Source: Oikopleura dioica (taxonomy: Eukaryota > Animalia > Chordata). From it: a stretch of 64,000 nucleotides of DNA. Under the pieces are notes generated by a model. The model saw only the letters and a list, made by a program, of their open reading frames with translations. It did not search any database and was not told where the DNA came from. The position numbers and the translations under genes are program-made. Within the stretch, counting starts at the first letter, position 1. Each line of letters starts with the position of its first letter. The DNA is taken from NCBI GenBank assembly GCA_907165135.1, contig OU015566.1, positions 4,278,001 to 4,342,000 on the forward strand. Reading direction: 5' to 3'. Below, piece by piece: positions 24,216 through 35,791 of this stretch.

Positions 24216-26620
24216 ATGACGGATTACGATCCCGAAAAAATAGCGAAGCGACTTGGTCGGATTGAAGCAATATTTTTTCCGGATCAGCTTGATGATGAAG
24301 GACCAAGGTCGATCGGAGACGAGCCAACTTGTGTTGAAAAACTGGCGGTGCCGAGTTTTGAACTGCGAGAAGCGCTACTTGAGCTGATTTTTTATCAAGA
24401 CGATGCGCTAGTCGCAGCAACAGCGGTGAATGATTTAATTCCTCTTTTGACCAGGTATTCTTAAATTCGAAGAATATTTCTTGTTCATTTAAAGTTCAAA
24501 CAAAACCACAGCTGAGCGCGCATCTGACGTCGTTTTCAAAATGTCTCAAAAACCAGCGGAACGAGCCGGTCTCGCCCAATCCCAGCCCCTCCTCGAAGCC
24601 ATCACGAGGGAAATCAAGGCAAATCGCCACGGCGGCCAAGCAAAACTCCTCGCTTCTTTGGCCAACATCGCCAAATGTCCAGCTGGGCAAGAGGGGCTTT
24701 TCAAGGCGCACACGATTCCTGAACTCGTCGGAATGCTGCCCAAGAAAGACTTGAGGATCGTCAGTTATGCATTGAACACGCTTTACACGCTGATGAGACA
24801 TCTTGGCAGACCGGCGAAGCAAGCAGTTAGAATCTGTGGCGGGGTGGAGAGAATTGTCGAACTGATCGATCGAGAAATGTCCGAACACCAGAAAGTGCCC
24901 TTCTTGCCAATGGTGCTCGACTCGCTGCATATTTTAGCCTTTCATTCGATGGAAAGCAAAGGAATCATCTTATCAATGGGCGGCACTCAAAAAGCGCTAG
25001 AAATCCTCCGCTACTCCCAGAAGGCAGAGAAAACCGCTCTGACCGCATTGAAGCTGTTGAAAGTCCTTTCCGTGGAAGACCAAAACAAAGAAACGATCAT
25101 CGATCATGGCGGAATCGACACGCTCATCGACTACTTGACTCATTCCAGATCTGACATTTCGATGGACGCTCTTTGGACGCTGAGAAACATCTCCGATCAA
25201 ATCAACCAAGTCGAAAGCGCCGATCCGAGCAAATTGATGGAAGTCTGCATCAAAAAACTTTCCTCGCATGATTTGAACCACGTCATCAGCGCTGCTGGAA
25301 TCCTGTCAAACTTGACCTGCAATGACTATATCAACAAAACCACCTTCGTCGAGCTTGGAGGAGTTCAGGCAATGACCCGGGTTGTCCAGCGGGCAAGCTC
25401 AAAGGATGGCTTCAGAGATGATGTCGTTGAGCCGGGGATAACTGCACTCAGACACGTGACAAGAGATCGAGGGGATGAGTCAGGAGAGCTTGGTTCCTGG
25501 GCCGAAAAGGCGAGAAAGCAATGTCAGGAACGGATGAAAAATGATAGGACCAATCATTTTTCAATAATTTTCAGCGCAGATTTTTTTTTCAAACTCTCAT
25601 ATCTACGTTTATTTTCGTCCATCGAAGACCCTCATTCCAACGGTTACTCAACTCCTGACCGGACCTCAATCTGCTTCCTGGCCAACTGTCAAAGCAACAA
25701 TCGGCTTCATCCGAAATCTCTGCCACGACAAGCGCAACCGCGAACTCTTCATGAACCAGGACTTGATCTCAAAACTCGTCCAATTGCTAACCAACGCTGA
25801 GCAAGAAATCGTTACTGGCTCGGACATCGTCAGCGAAGGAATCGACATGATCGACATTGCTGAAGGCTGCTGTGGAGCGCTCCAGGTGAATATCGAATTC
25901 TCAATTCTCTTCCTTGATTTTTTAGCTCATGGCTCGTGACTCAGACCCAAGAAAACGAATCCGCGGAGATAATATTCTTCCTGGAGTCATCGTTCTTCTT
26001 CAATTGGATCATTCAAATCTTCAGCGATCAGTGGCCGGATTCTTGTGCGAAATGTCAGCTGATCGAGGAACAAGGGAGATTTTGTACAAGTTGAATTTGG
26101 AGGATGGATCCTCCCTGAAGGAAGATTTGCTCACTCTTCTACAGGTACGAGTCTGAAACACATTTTTAAGAAACATTATTAGGCTGAGTCAGAAGCGACA
26201 GTAACATACGCTGCGATCACCCTGGTTCGATTGACTAGCTACATCAAGGACAAAGACTCCCAATCGATCGAAATCGACAAGGTCCGCGAGCAAATGGTCC
26301 ACATCATCGCCAATCGCGTCGGAGATGATCAGCTGGACAACTACGCCCCTGATGAGCTCTCACGCTTCGGATACGACAGTACTATCAAGCGACCAACAGG
26401 AACAATGACGACTGATGGGACGATGAGAAGCATGTATTCGACCACTTCTGGCTCGGTTTTTAGACAATCGAATGCGCAGAGCCCGGCGCCTTCTCTTTCC
26501 CAAGTTTCAGGTTTAAAATTTTGAGTTTTACTTGTTAATTCAAAAAAATTAAGTGACTCAGATGTCAAATGCAAACTACAGCGTCTTCGAGCAAGAACAA
26601 ATGAACTCACGTGATCAACC
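24216..26620 (+). CDS. Divergent beta-catenin/plakoglobin-family armadillo protein; 3' end uncertain (possibly to ~27100)
   Basis: PTCVEKLAVPSFELREALLELIFYQDDA resembles [28 protein letters not shown]. Also ESKGIIL, LKVLSV, LWTLRNISD, AAGILSNLTCN, EPGITALRHVT and VTYAAITL. Confidence 0.9.
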
Positions 26621-27505
26621 TGACTTTGGATTTGTCTAAAAATCCTATCATTCTGCTTTTTGATCTTCCAAATAAAATTCCCGACTAGAATTAAAATTTT
26701 CAATCGATAACTAATCAAGCCCTCTGAACTGAGGAAATTTCGAGACATTTGGAAAGCATAAAGCAAAGAAACAAATTTGAATCAAGACAGTCAAATTCAA
26801 ATGCACAAAATCACTAGACGATAAAAAAACTTATGAATTGGATGAAATTTGTGCTAAACAGAATTCTTTTCCTCCTGATTTTTTCAAACAGTTGTGTGGA
26901 GAGCAACGTCGGAAGAGAATTTTGTATAAGCCAGATCTTTACAGCTTGCTACAAGATTATCCACTACAGGGATCATTCGAACTACGCTGAGTCACAAATT
27001 GACACATGTAACGAACTTCTGGATGAGCCAAACTGCTGCAGTATATTCCTCAATGGCCAAGAAAAAGTTCAAAAATTGCCGAGGAAAGAATTAGAATTTG
27101 CTCTGAACTTTAGAAGGGTCAGTCGTGTCCACAGATGGCTCTTCTTGGCGCATGATTGGATTTATTTCTGCCGTGCTTTTAGCTCTCCTGGCTCTTGGTT
27201 TCTTTTGTTTCTGGCATCGGAAAAGAGAAACCTAACCGCTGCGAAACATTTCTTTGCTCAATAATTGAAATAAACTTCGAAGTGCTATTTTATCTCTTAA
27301 ACTTGCAAAAGATATGTTTTAAACAGATAGAAAAAAGTCGACTCCGAAAATAAGAAAACTCGCGTGATAAAAGAAGGAAGCCGAGGAGATACACGCGCGG
27401 TATGAAATTTCAGCTCTGTAAGCCGAAATCGGATATCTCCCCCGCGCTCTCCTCGGTCTCCCTTTTCTTCAAAGAGCAAAAACATAAGAATTTCACTTTC
27501 AAGCA

Positions 27506-28157
27506 ATGTCGGAAAGCGAAGAATCTATTACCGTCAAAATCGAGCGCGCAGATGAGGACCTGATAGAGATTGAAAATCAAGAAGAAATCGAGCAGGAGAG
27601 AAAATGCGACTGGTGCGGAATCGCTTTTGAGGATTTTGAAAATTTTGGAAAATTTTGCACTGAGAGCTGTTTCAATAGTTCGAGAAGGGCCGAGTTTAAA
27701 AAGACGAAGTTCGGGATAGAAATTAAAAAGAGATCGTTCTCAAGAAATATTGATGCTTCAAATGACAAAATTCAAAAAAGGTAAAGATCGTAGTTTTTTT
27801 AAAAAGACTCTTCATAAAAAAGTGGATAATTGAAACTTGAGGGAGCGAAAAAGGCCGAGGAAGTTCCTTCACAACCCTTCGATTATCAGAAATCTACCAA
27901 AACCACAACTTCCCTCTACAAGAATCCCCCCTTCAAGTCGAATTCTTCCGCTTCCACGGCCAGACGAAAATCAACAAAGAAAGATAACTCTTCCCAACTT
28001 CATTTCTGGCGTCCGATTCATCCCGATTCCGATCCCTGTTCCGATTCCGATGCCTTTTCCTGCTCACCAGATCCACGAATTCAAAGAAACAGAAGACAAA
28101 AAGTTCAACGAGGAAATTTTAGAAGCGCTTGATTTATCACTAAAAAGTAATAAATAA
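27506..28157 (+). CDS. FCS-type zinc-finger protein (Polycomb Ph/Scm-like), partial model
   Basis: CDWCGIAFEDFENFGKFCTESC fits the Cx2C...FCxxxC FCS finger. The remainder is low complexity. Confidence 0.4.
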
Positions 28158-28266
28158 AATAAGTTGGATTTGAATGTATTTTTTGTGAACTGTGAGAAAA
28201 TGAAAGTTGAAGAAGTTTGGGGCAGCTTTGAAAAGTTTTTTGAAAATTCGTCAGTTTTCGGGAATT

Positions 28267-31200
28267 CATGTTTTGCAGATGCATTTGCAGGCGTCGAAAG
28301 GACAGTATTCCGAGGTCATGAACCAGGCTTTGAGGCAGGGAGTGTGGCCACCGTGGCCGCAGGAGAGGCACAGTACCCAGTCGCAACGATGGCTAAATAT
28401 CGGTAAATAGGGCTTTCAAGAATGCAGAAACCTTTTCTGATAATGCGCTTGCCCAAAAGCTCGAATTGGCGGAGTCTCACTCGTCTGCGTCACAAGAAAC
28501 TGACAAATCGAACAGACCCTTCTATCCAGCGCGCCAGCAGTGTAGTCATTATTCTGGCACATGCATTCTGTCGCGTTGGGAGGGTTTCTTCCGCGACTTT
28601 TTGATCTTTCTCCTTTTGACAGATCGCTGATCGGCTTCTTGCAAAACTGGCATAGCTCGTACATTGTGCTAAAACATGAAGAAGAGGATCATCAGTTTAT
28701 TTTACCTATGAAGAGGGTGCTTTCTGTGGCCATTTTTCTCGTCAGGATTGTGGATGATTTTGTAAAGGACGTGTTCGAACTCGCAACGATCGTTGTAAAG
28801 CTGATTGTCTTGAAGAATTTGAGTGTAGTCTTCCGTCCATTCGGTGAACAGATTCTCTCGTCGTTTCGAGCAGTTGAAGGCCGAATAACTGTAGCCATGG
28901 AAGATGATGTAAATGATCGTCTAAAAGACCATAAATGTCATAAATTCTAAGTGTGTTGACTATACCTGAAGGGAGAGGATATCCGGAATCGTTTGATAAT
29001 AATCGTAAAGAATCTCAAATCCATCAAAGATCCGTGCATCATCAACATCTATGAATGCATATCAACATAAAAATATCGAGATGAGAGGCTTACCTTCGAA
29101 TCCAGACAAGGCAACTGCCATCAACGACTTTTGATTGTCAAGTTCTGTCGCCAAGGTTCGCAGATAACGAGGAAGAATATCATCCGAAAGATAAATCGCT
29201 GCGAAAGCTATCCTAGATCATTGATTTTACCAAACTTTTCAACCCGCGCTTACTTGAGATCGACATCTAATCCAGCCAAATTCAGTACTTTCTTCGGATA
29301 CGCATATTCGCCATATTCTTCAACCAAAAAGCCCAGCATCGCCCGAACATAAGGATCGTTCGCTTCTGATCTTGAATTCAGCAGCTCATCAACTTCCTGA
29401 TGCCAATCCGATCCGAAGTTATTATTGAAGCCTGAAATAGCCAGAACGATGTAGGTCATCTTCTCCTGGCGCTGGTCCTTGAGGATTTGAATCGCGCGCC
29501 ACTTTTGGCGGCAAAAGAGGGCGTACGCCGCCGCTTTGGTTGGATTTTCAAGAAGTAACTCGTCAATCTTGTTGGAGATTTCTTTCGGCGTGTGGTACAA
29601 AGGGTCGTAGTAGCCACAAAGCTCGATTACTCGTCTCCGAGCTGGCAATATTTATTTATTGAGGAATGAACTCTTTAACTTACGATCGGAGGTGTAGACT
29701 CTCGACGTAAAAATGCATGTGTCATCGTCTCTTGACTTCTGCCAGTAGCCCTCTGTCGTCTCCGATTCCTCCTTCATCCCCGTTCTGTATTTATTCATCA
29801 GCGTTCCAGCGATTCCCGTCGTTATTCGATTCCTGTTCAGGTGATACTCTGAAAAAGACTCGTAAAAAGACGCTCAAATTAGTGATTATTGAATTAGCTC
29901 TTCAATTAAAGATTCTACAGCATAATCCATTGAATCAAAGTCACTTTTTTGTAAGCCGTTATTTCTAATTTTCCTTTTCATATTATTTTTCCGAAATTTC
30001 ATATCACTTGAAATTTAGGGGAATCGTCAGATTCAAGCATTTTTATACTACCTCCTCTGGAATTCGAGGGCTGGCGCCGGGGAATCGGCTCCTCCGATTC
30101 CTCCTGCTCTTTATTTTCCGCCTAAAAAGGATGAAAAGGTAAAATTATATGCTTACTTTTGTAATATTCAATGTCCGCTTTTTTCGTGCGAATGAGATAT
30201 TTCCATATTTGAGCGAAATCACGCTCTCTTCGAGGATCTGATGTTACATCCGGGATCGAGGAGTAGTTTCGGATCTTTTCTGCGGCTTTGGCGGCTTTTC
30301 GAGGGTTATTTTCGGAAAATAAACATAGCGACACCCTTATGACCCGTAAAATCAAACCTTAAACCATTCCGAGCAAGTTTCCATGCATAAATAAGGGTGT
30401 CCCCAAGATAAGTCAAATTCAACCCTTTGCCTAACTCTTTATACATATTTTTCGCCAGCAAATGACCATATTTCAGCTTGAGTCTCGCACGAAATCGCTC
30501 CATCCTCTCATCCGTCGCTTGAAAAGTAATGATTCCTTTTGCCCCACCAACGAGAATATCCCCTGTTATTGGCGAGATAACAGGCACTTGATGTTCGTGA
30601 ACAGGATGAAGCGTTGGCATTTCGTTTCGCTCCCAGCAGATTATTTTCATTTGCGTTGGACACCATCTGAAGCAGTGGGCAGAGCCGATCGCAGTGAGTG
30701 AAGGGAGATTGATGGTCGTGTGATCAGTTTTGTGAAAAATCGTCGTTGGCCCTTCGACTTGGCTGTCTTGTTTGTTCCTGTCGCGGTACTTGTTATTATC
30801 GCGGTGGAATTCTTGAACGACGAGCTTCACGTCTCTCGAGTCGCCCATCAAAGTCGTCGTCAGGCTTGCGAGAAGTTCCGGTCTGTAGCGCGAGAAAATT
30901 ATCTGATGGATTTGGACCTTTGGCGTGTCGTTGTAAGTGTGCTTGAAGACCGGATCCAAATCACGACTGTACGCATCGTAGTTGTCTAGTCCACGAGTAT
31001 CGTAGATCTTCAGCTGGGTGAAACCGTTGTCTAGGCCAAAAGTGGCGAGCGTTTGGTTTGCTGGGGAAAAAGACATGCCCTAGAAAGTAGGCAAAAAGAT
31101 ATTCTGTTGAAAAAAATACCTGTGGAGTGAAACCAGTTTTGATATAACTTCTTGCTCTTCGCATGTTGTCATTCTTGACGAAAACGATCATTGGTTTCTC

Positions 31201-31902
31201 CGACGCCATCGACAGAAAAACATGATCTTTGGACTTCAAGACCGCGTCGATGATGTCTGCCCCGTTTTGGTCGTCAATGTGGAGCGGTTGCTTGTCCTCG
31301 AACTTTTTCTTTTCGGTAGAAATGAAGCAGCTCAGAGTTCCGCGAGCCTGTTTTCCAGCGCAGAGAAGCTGATTCGTTTCTTGATTGAAGGTCATCACTG
31401 AAATGGTCATGTTCGCGCTTCTTTCGGGCAAATTCGCCAGTGGAGATTCATATTCAATTCTGCCGTCGACGATTGAAAAAGTGATGATTCGTATCGTGTT
31501 TTCTTTCTCTTTCGTTTTGTCATCTACCAGAATCGTGTGTTTATTTTTGATCGAATTGACCCAGACAGCATTTTCTGACGGAAAGGGAAGCGTTATCGGA
31601 CTGATGAATTCTGTTCTTTCAAGGGCTCGCTATTGACTACAGCAGTCACTGTGACTGGCACTTTTATTCTGCGGCAATGGTAGACCAGAGGACCTTAACT
31701 ACTTTCTTGGAGCCCTGATCCTTTCTGGCGGCAACGCGTGCGTTTTCCGTTCGGGAGTATTTTCAACTGGAACGAGATGATAAAACCTGAGCACATGGCG
31801 CATATCAGCAACCTCCATCGTCGCGAAAAGACGTGGATCGCTTGGCGACCAAATAATTTGCGTCTTGAAGCCGCACATCGTCGACCTCCTTCGATCGTCC
31901 AT
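28267..31902 (-). CDS. MIOS: GATOR2 complex subunit MIOS (WD40, solenoid, C-terminal zinc/RING), multi-exon
   Basis: N-terminal KTQIIWSP resembles KPDILWAP. AAAYALF...RAIQIL...IVLAISGF...DPYVRAMLGFL matches the MIOS solenoid. C-terminus reads CLSCGHGGHTPCLKAWF...CPFDACKCIC* (stop 28267-28269). Confidence 0.9.
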
Positions 31903-32048
31903 TCTAACGATTTTTCATGCGTTTTTTTTTCTGCGGACATGCAAAGAAAAGAGGAACAAGAGGACGATTTTAGTTGCCGAAATTTAATTAAAAGAAAAAC
32001 AGATGAAATTCAGAAAAAAATCAGAAAAAGGTCAAAACAGAAGAATGA

Positions 32049-34328
32049 TCACTCTTCGGAAACAGAGTAAATTCGAGCATCGCCAGCAGCAAGAATCTGA
32101 TCATCAGCTTCTCCAGCTGGGTAGAGTCGCGCACGAGTTCCAGCAAAAGCGCCGCGGACAGAAGTCAAATCAAGTTGACCAGCGCCAAGGTTGAAAATGG
32201 AATCGACAACGGGGTGGAGGTCGAATTTTCGGGAGAAGCCGGCGTCGTCGCCAAACCAGGTGATCTCAGAACCCTGAAGAAATGAAATAAAGGAGAAGGC
32301 GTTGCGTTCAGGGTCTCGAAAAATTGGATGCGCGGCGGTTGTTTTGGCGCCCCCTCTCGCTTTCAACCCCCGCGCCCTAGATGTTTGCGCGAGAAAACAA
32401 CGGTGGGCTGGATGTTGCGCCACCCTCCGCGGACAGTTGTGCGCAACGGGAGGCGATTGTTAACAACGGGCGCTCGGTTGTTCACCAACAAGTACGCGGT
32501 CCTCGCCTCATAGAAATAAACAAATAAGTACCCTACGTCGCCCTTCCAAGTAAATGATTAAAATATCATATCTGATTTGCGAAAAAAGATGTTATTATCC
32601 AAATAATTTTTAGATATCTTTATAATCTTAGTTTTAAATCGGTATTTTCATGAAAAATCCAAGAAACACTCAGAAGAAAATATTTCAGATTACCCCAGCT
32701 GCCTAGTTTGGGATTTTATCAGGTAGACGCGGTGTATATATGAATGAGTGTAAGTGGCAGTGCGCTAGTGCTTTGCGCGCTCCCCGGGGCATCGAAAGGC
32801 CCCATAATCTCAGTGGGTGCACACTCTGACCTACTGTAACAAAAATCACCGGGTGATCTAAACAAAACAGTTGGAAGTGGTAAGCTACCTGTTTGCAAAG
32901 AATATCGAATTCATGGGCAACTATTACGTCCAAAATGTGCTAGTTACTTGAACGTGTATTTTGTGATCTGTCAATCATAAATAGCTAATTGCCCCGAATC
33001 TCAAAATAATTTTTACATATTCTAAGTTTTACATATTCTAAGTCTAAGTTTCACTGAATTTGAACATTTTTGCATATTCCTACAGCGTTACTTTCCCTTT
33101 GGCGCGAGCCTATATTTCAAACATCCAGCCCAAATTGTTTTTGAAAGTGAACAACGAGCGCGCCGATGTTGAGAGCGAGAGGGGGCGCCCTAACAACCGC
33201 CCCACATCCAATTTTTCGAGACCCTGGTTGCGTTGAGTATTTTCATTTTGTAACGCAAGCCGCAAGGGGCTTCTTGAATTCAAAACATATAGCAAAAAAT
33301 ATTGATAGTCTTGTACTTACAGAAATAGCGCGAAGAGGAATTTGCTGACCACGAATCGAAGAAAGCTCTCCAAACTTATCCTTCATCTCGACTGGGAAAA
33401 CGAATCCACCAGGAAGAGCACCGGTCAAAGCAACTTGAGCGACAGAGTTAAAGTCTTCTGCGATCCAGAGCGTTTCTTTCGTAGCGGCGTCAGAATCGAT
33501 TGCCCATTTCTCAACCCCAGGAGTTGGCTCGGTTTGATTGTAGGCACCGACGGTTTCGGCGAGCCAGGATTTTGCGGAGCTGATGGAGTTGACCGACTTG
33601 AACCAGTAGTGGTCCCCGGCGACGGTGATTCCGGCGTCGGATGACTGAACAAAGACGTCGAAATCTTTCGGGATGTTAGCAAGAGTGAGGGCGGAATCGA
33701 CGTTGAGCAAAATGACGCCAGAAGAAGTGGAGTTCTTGAGCGAGTAATCGTAAGAGTCCAAGTCGGCGGCGTCGATGGAAGTGATCATTTTAATATTTTT
33801 GGCGTTGGCGGCGCCGAGGACTTCACCAATTTTCTCCTCGCTTCCAGCAGGGCAGAGAGAGAGAACAATGCCTTGGAACTTTCCGTGTTCGAGATCTTTG
33901 ACGGCTTGGACGAGATCAGAGGTGTTCTTTGAGCAATCGAGCTGCCCGAGAGCGCCTTGAGTGAAAGAAGCTTGGACGGGCTCGGGCTTGCATTTCGGAG
34001 CCTGGACGACGATGAGGACCGACCAGGCGATCATGCCGAACCAGGAGATCCAGAAGAGAAGCAGGAGAACTCGACGAGCCATGTTCCAGCCAGGAGTATC
34101 CGAGAGCTCTAAAAGAGTGATTTTAGTGGAGTCTTATGTTCAGAATTGCAATTTCTTTTAGATAGAGAAGCCGCGCTGAGCTCCGAGAAAGAATATAAAA
34201 GCCGCGGTAGTGCAGACAATTCTCAATTTCTTACCTAAAAGCTCTTCTTTGGTGTAACATCCAGAGTTATCAGATGGAGTTTCATTCAGCTTCGACTTCT
34301 CAGTCGCTTGATTTTCCACGTCGCTCAT
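32049..34328 (-). CDS. SLC3A2: SLC3 heavy chain (4F2hc/CD98hc-like) of heteromeric amino acid transporters
   Basis: Exon 1 reads MSDVENQ...YTKEELL. TM segment RRVLLLLFWISWFGMIAWSVLIVVQAPKC resembles RWALLLLFWLGWLGMLAGAVVIIVRAPRC. Last intron spans 33320-32274. Confidence 0.85.
32309..33226. mobile_element. hAT-like non-autonomous element, 918 bp, 8-bp TSD GTTGCGTT, in the last SLC3A2 intron
   Basis: CAGGG...CCCTG termini, ~100-bp imperfect inverted repeats, GTTGCGTT at 32301-32308 and 33227-33234. No transposase ORF. Confidence 0.9.
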
Positions 34329-34745
34329 TTTTTCGCGTTTTTCTCTCTTTTTTTCTGGTTCGAAAAGTGAAAGACTGAGGCCGGGAGTGGCGCGGAAATA
34401 AAAATCAAACGCGTCTGACGAAAACAGGAGAGATCTGGCACGAGCCTACGCGAAGAATGCGGGGGCGCGCTCACAGAGAAGACAATTTATCACTAAAGAA
34501 ATGAATGTCTGCGCCAGACTCTGCGGAATTTTCTAGAATGGAAGATTCTCGAAAGAAAATTCTAGAATTTTAACAGCACGGGATTTTTATTTTAAACTCA
34601 AATTTTTAATCGTAAACTCGATTTTTTTTCATTATTATTTAATAACCACCAATTTTGTGGTTCGGTAAATTCAATTTACTGTCATATAGTCGTTTTACTG
34701 TATTACTTAAAATCTTGTCCCAAGTCAGCTGATATCAAAATTCTG

Positions 34746-35613
34746 GGCTGCTCCCGCATTTCCCAAAATCCTGGATTTCCCAAATCCTGGATTTCTCAAA
34801 ATCCTGAATTTCTCAAATCGCCAAATCAGGATTCTGCCGATTCAGGATTTTGGGAAATGCGGGATTATTTTTTCTTTTGAGTCAGTTTTCTTGCTTTGCC
34901 AAATTTGAATTGATTGATCATATAACTTTAATTTCTTGGTTTCTCCACAGTCTATCCCGACTTCACCAACTTCAATCCTTGCTTCAACAACTTCGATCCT
35001 AGCTTTACATACGTCAATCTTGGCATCTCCAGCGTCAATCGCGGCTTCTTTAAATCCGATCCGGCCGTCACTTTTTTCAATCCTAGCTTTTCAGATGTCA
35101 GTCCCGACTTCTCAGTTCTCTATAATTGCTTCTTGAATGTCGATCATGGGCCATGATTCATGGCTTATCCAAGATGAGATTATTGCTGGAAAAGCTGTGA
35201 ATCACAGCCTGTGATTGAAATTGATGACATTGAAGAAGTCGGGATTGACGTCGAAGAGGCCGGGATTGACATTGGAGAAGCGGACATTCGGAATTGAAGT
35301 CGGTAAAGCTAGGATTGAAGATGTACCAGAATTGACGATGGAGAACCCAAAAATATCAAGGATATTGGCGAAGATATGATTGAAGTTGGTGAAGCCAGGA
35401 TTGGGGTTAAAGAAGCCAGAATCGGCTTCTTTTCGGGCAAACGGAGACCAATTTAAGCTGAATCCTTCATTTCTCAAAATCCTACTTTTCCCAATCCTGC
35501 ATTTCCCAAAATCCAGAATCGGCAGAATCCTGATTTGGCGTTTTGAGAAATTCAGGATTTTGGGAAATCCAGGATTTGGGAAATCCAGGATTTTGGGAAA
35601 TGCGGGAGCAGCC
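34746..35613. mobile_element. Foldback/MULE-like element, 868 bp, 9-bp TSD AAAATTCTG
   Basis: ~120-bp TIRs made of short subrepeats (ggctgctcccgcatttcccaaaatcctgg...). AAAATTCTG at 34737-34745 and 35614-35622. Internal 21-bp repeats run in opposite orientation on each half. Confidence 0.9.
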
Positions 35614-35791
35614 AAAATTCTGCGTTAATTTTTCTGCTCATTCGGGCTTATTTACGAGCTGTCGAATGGCCCCAAATTTCTCGCCTAATCGCCTCTCAAA
35701 GTATTTTCTTTTCAGAAATTTATCGATTTTGCATGAAGAAGAGAAAAAGGTTGAAAACTGAAATTTTTGCTCGATTTCGACGATAGAAGAT

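Noticed and set aside
28207-28260. KKFGAALKSFLKIRQF as a SAM-domain C-terminal helix of the FCS gene
   Set aside because: The resemblance is short, the frame runs into the MIOS antisense strand, and no convincing splice path or remaining SAM core was found.
35202-35628. 137-aa and 82-aa ORFs inside the foldback element as a transposase
   Set aside because: Derived from TIR subrepeats, with no DDE or zinc-finger motifs.
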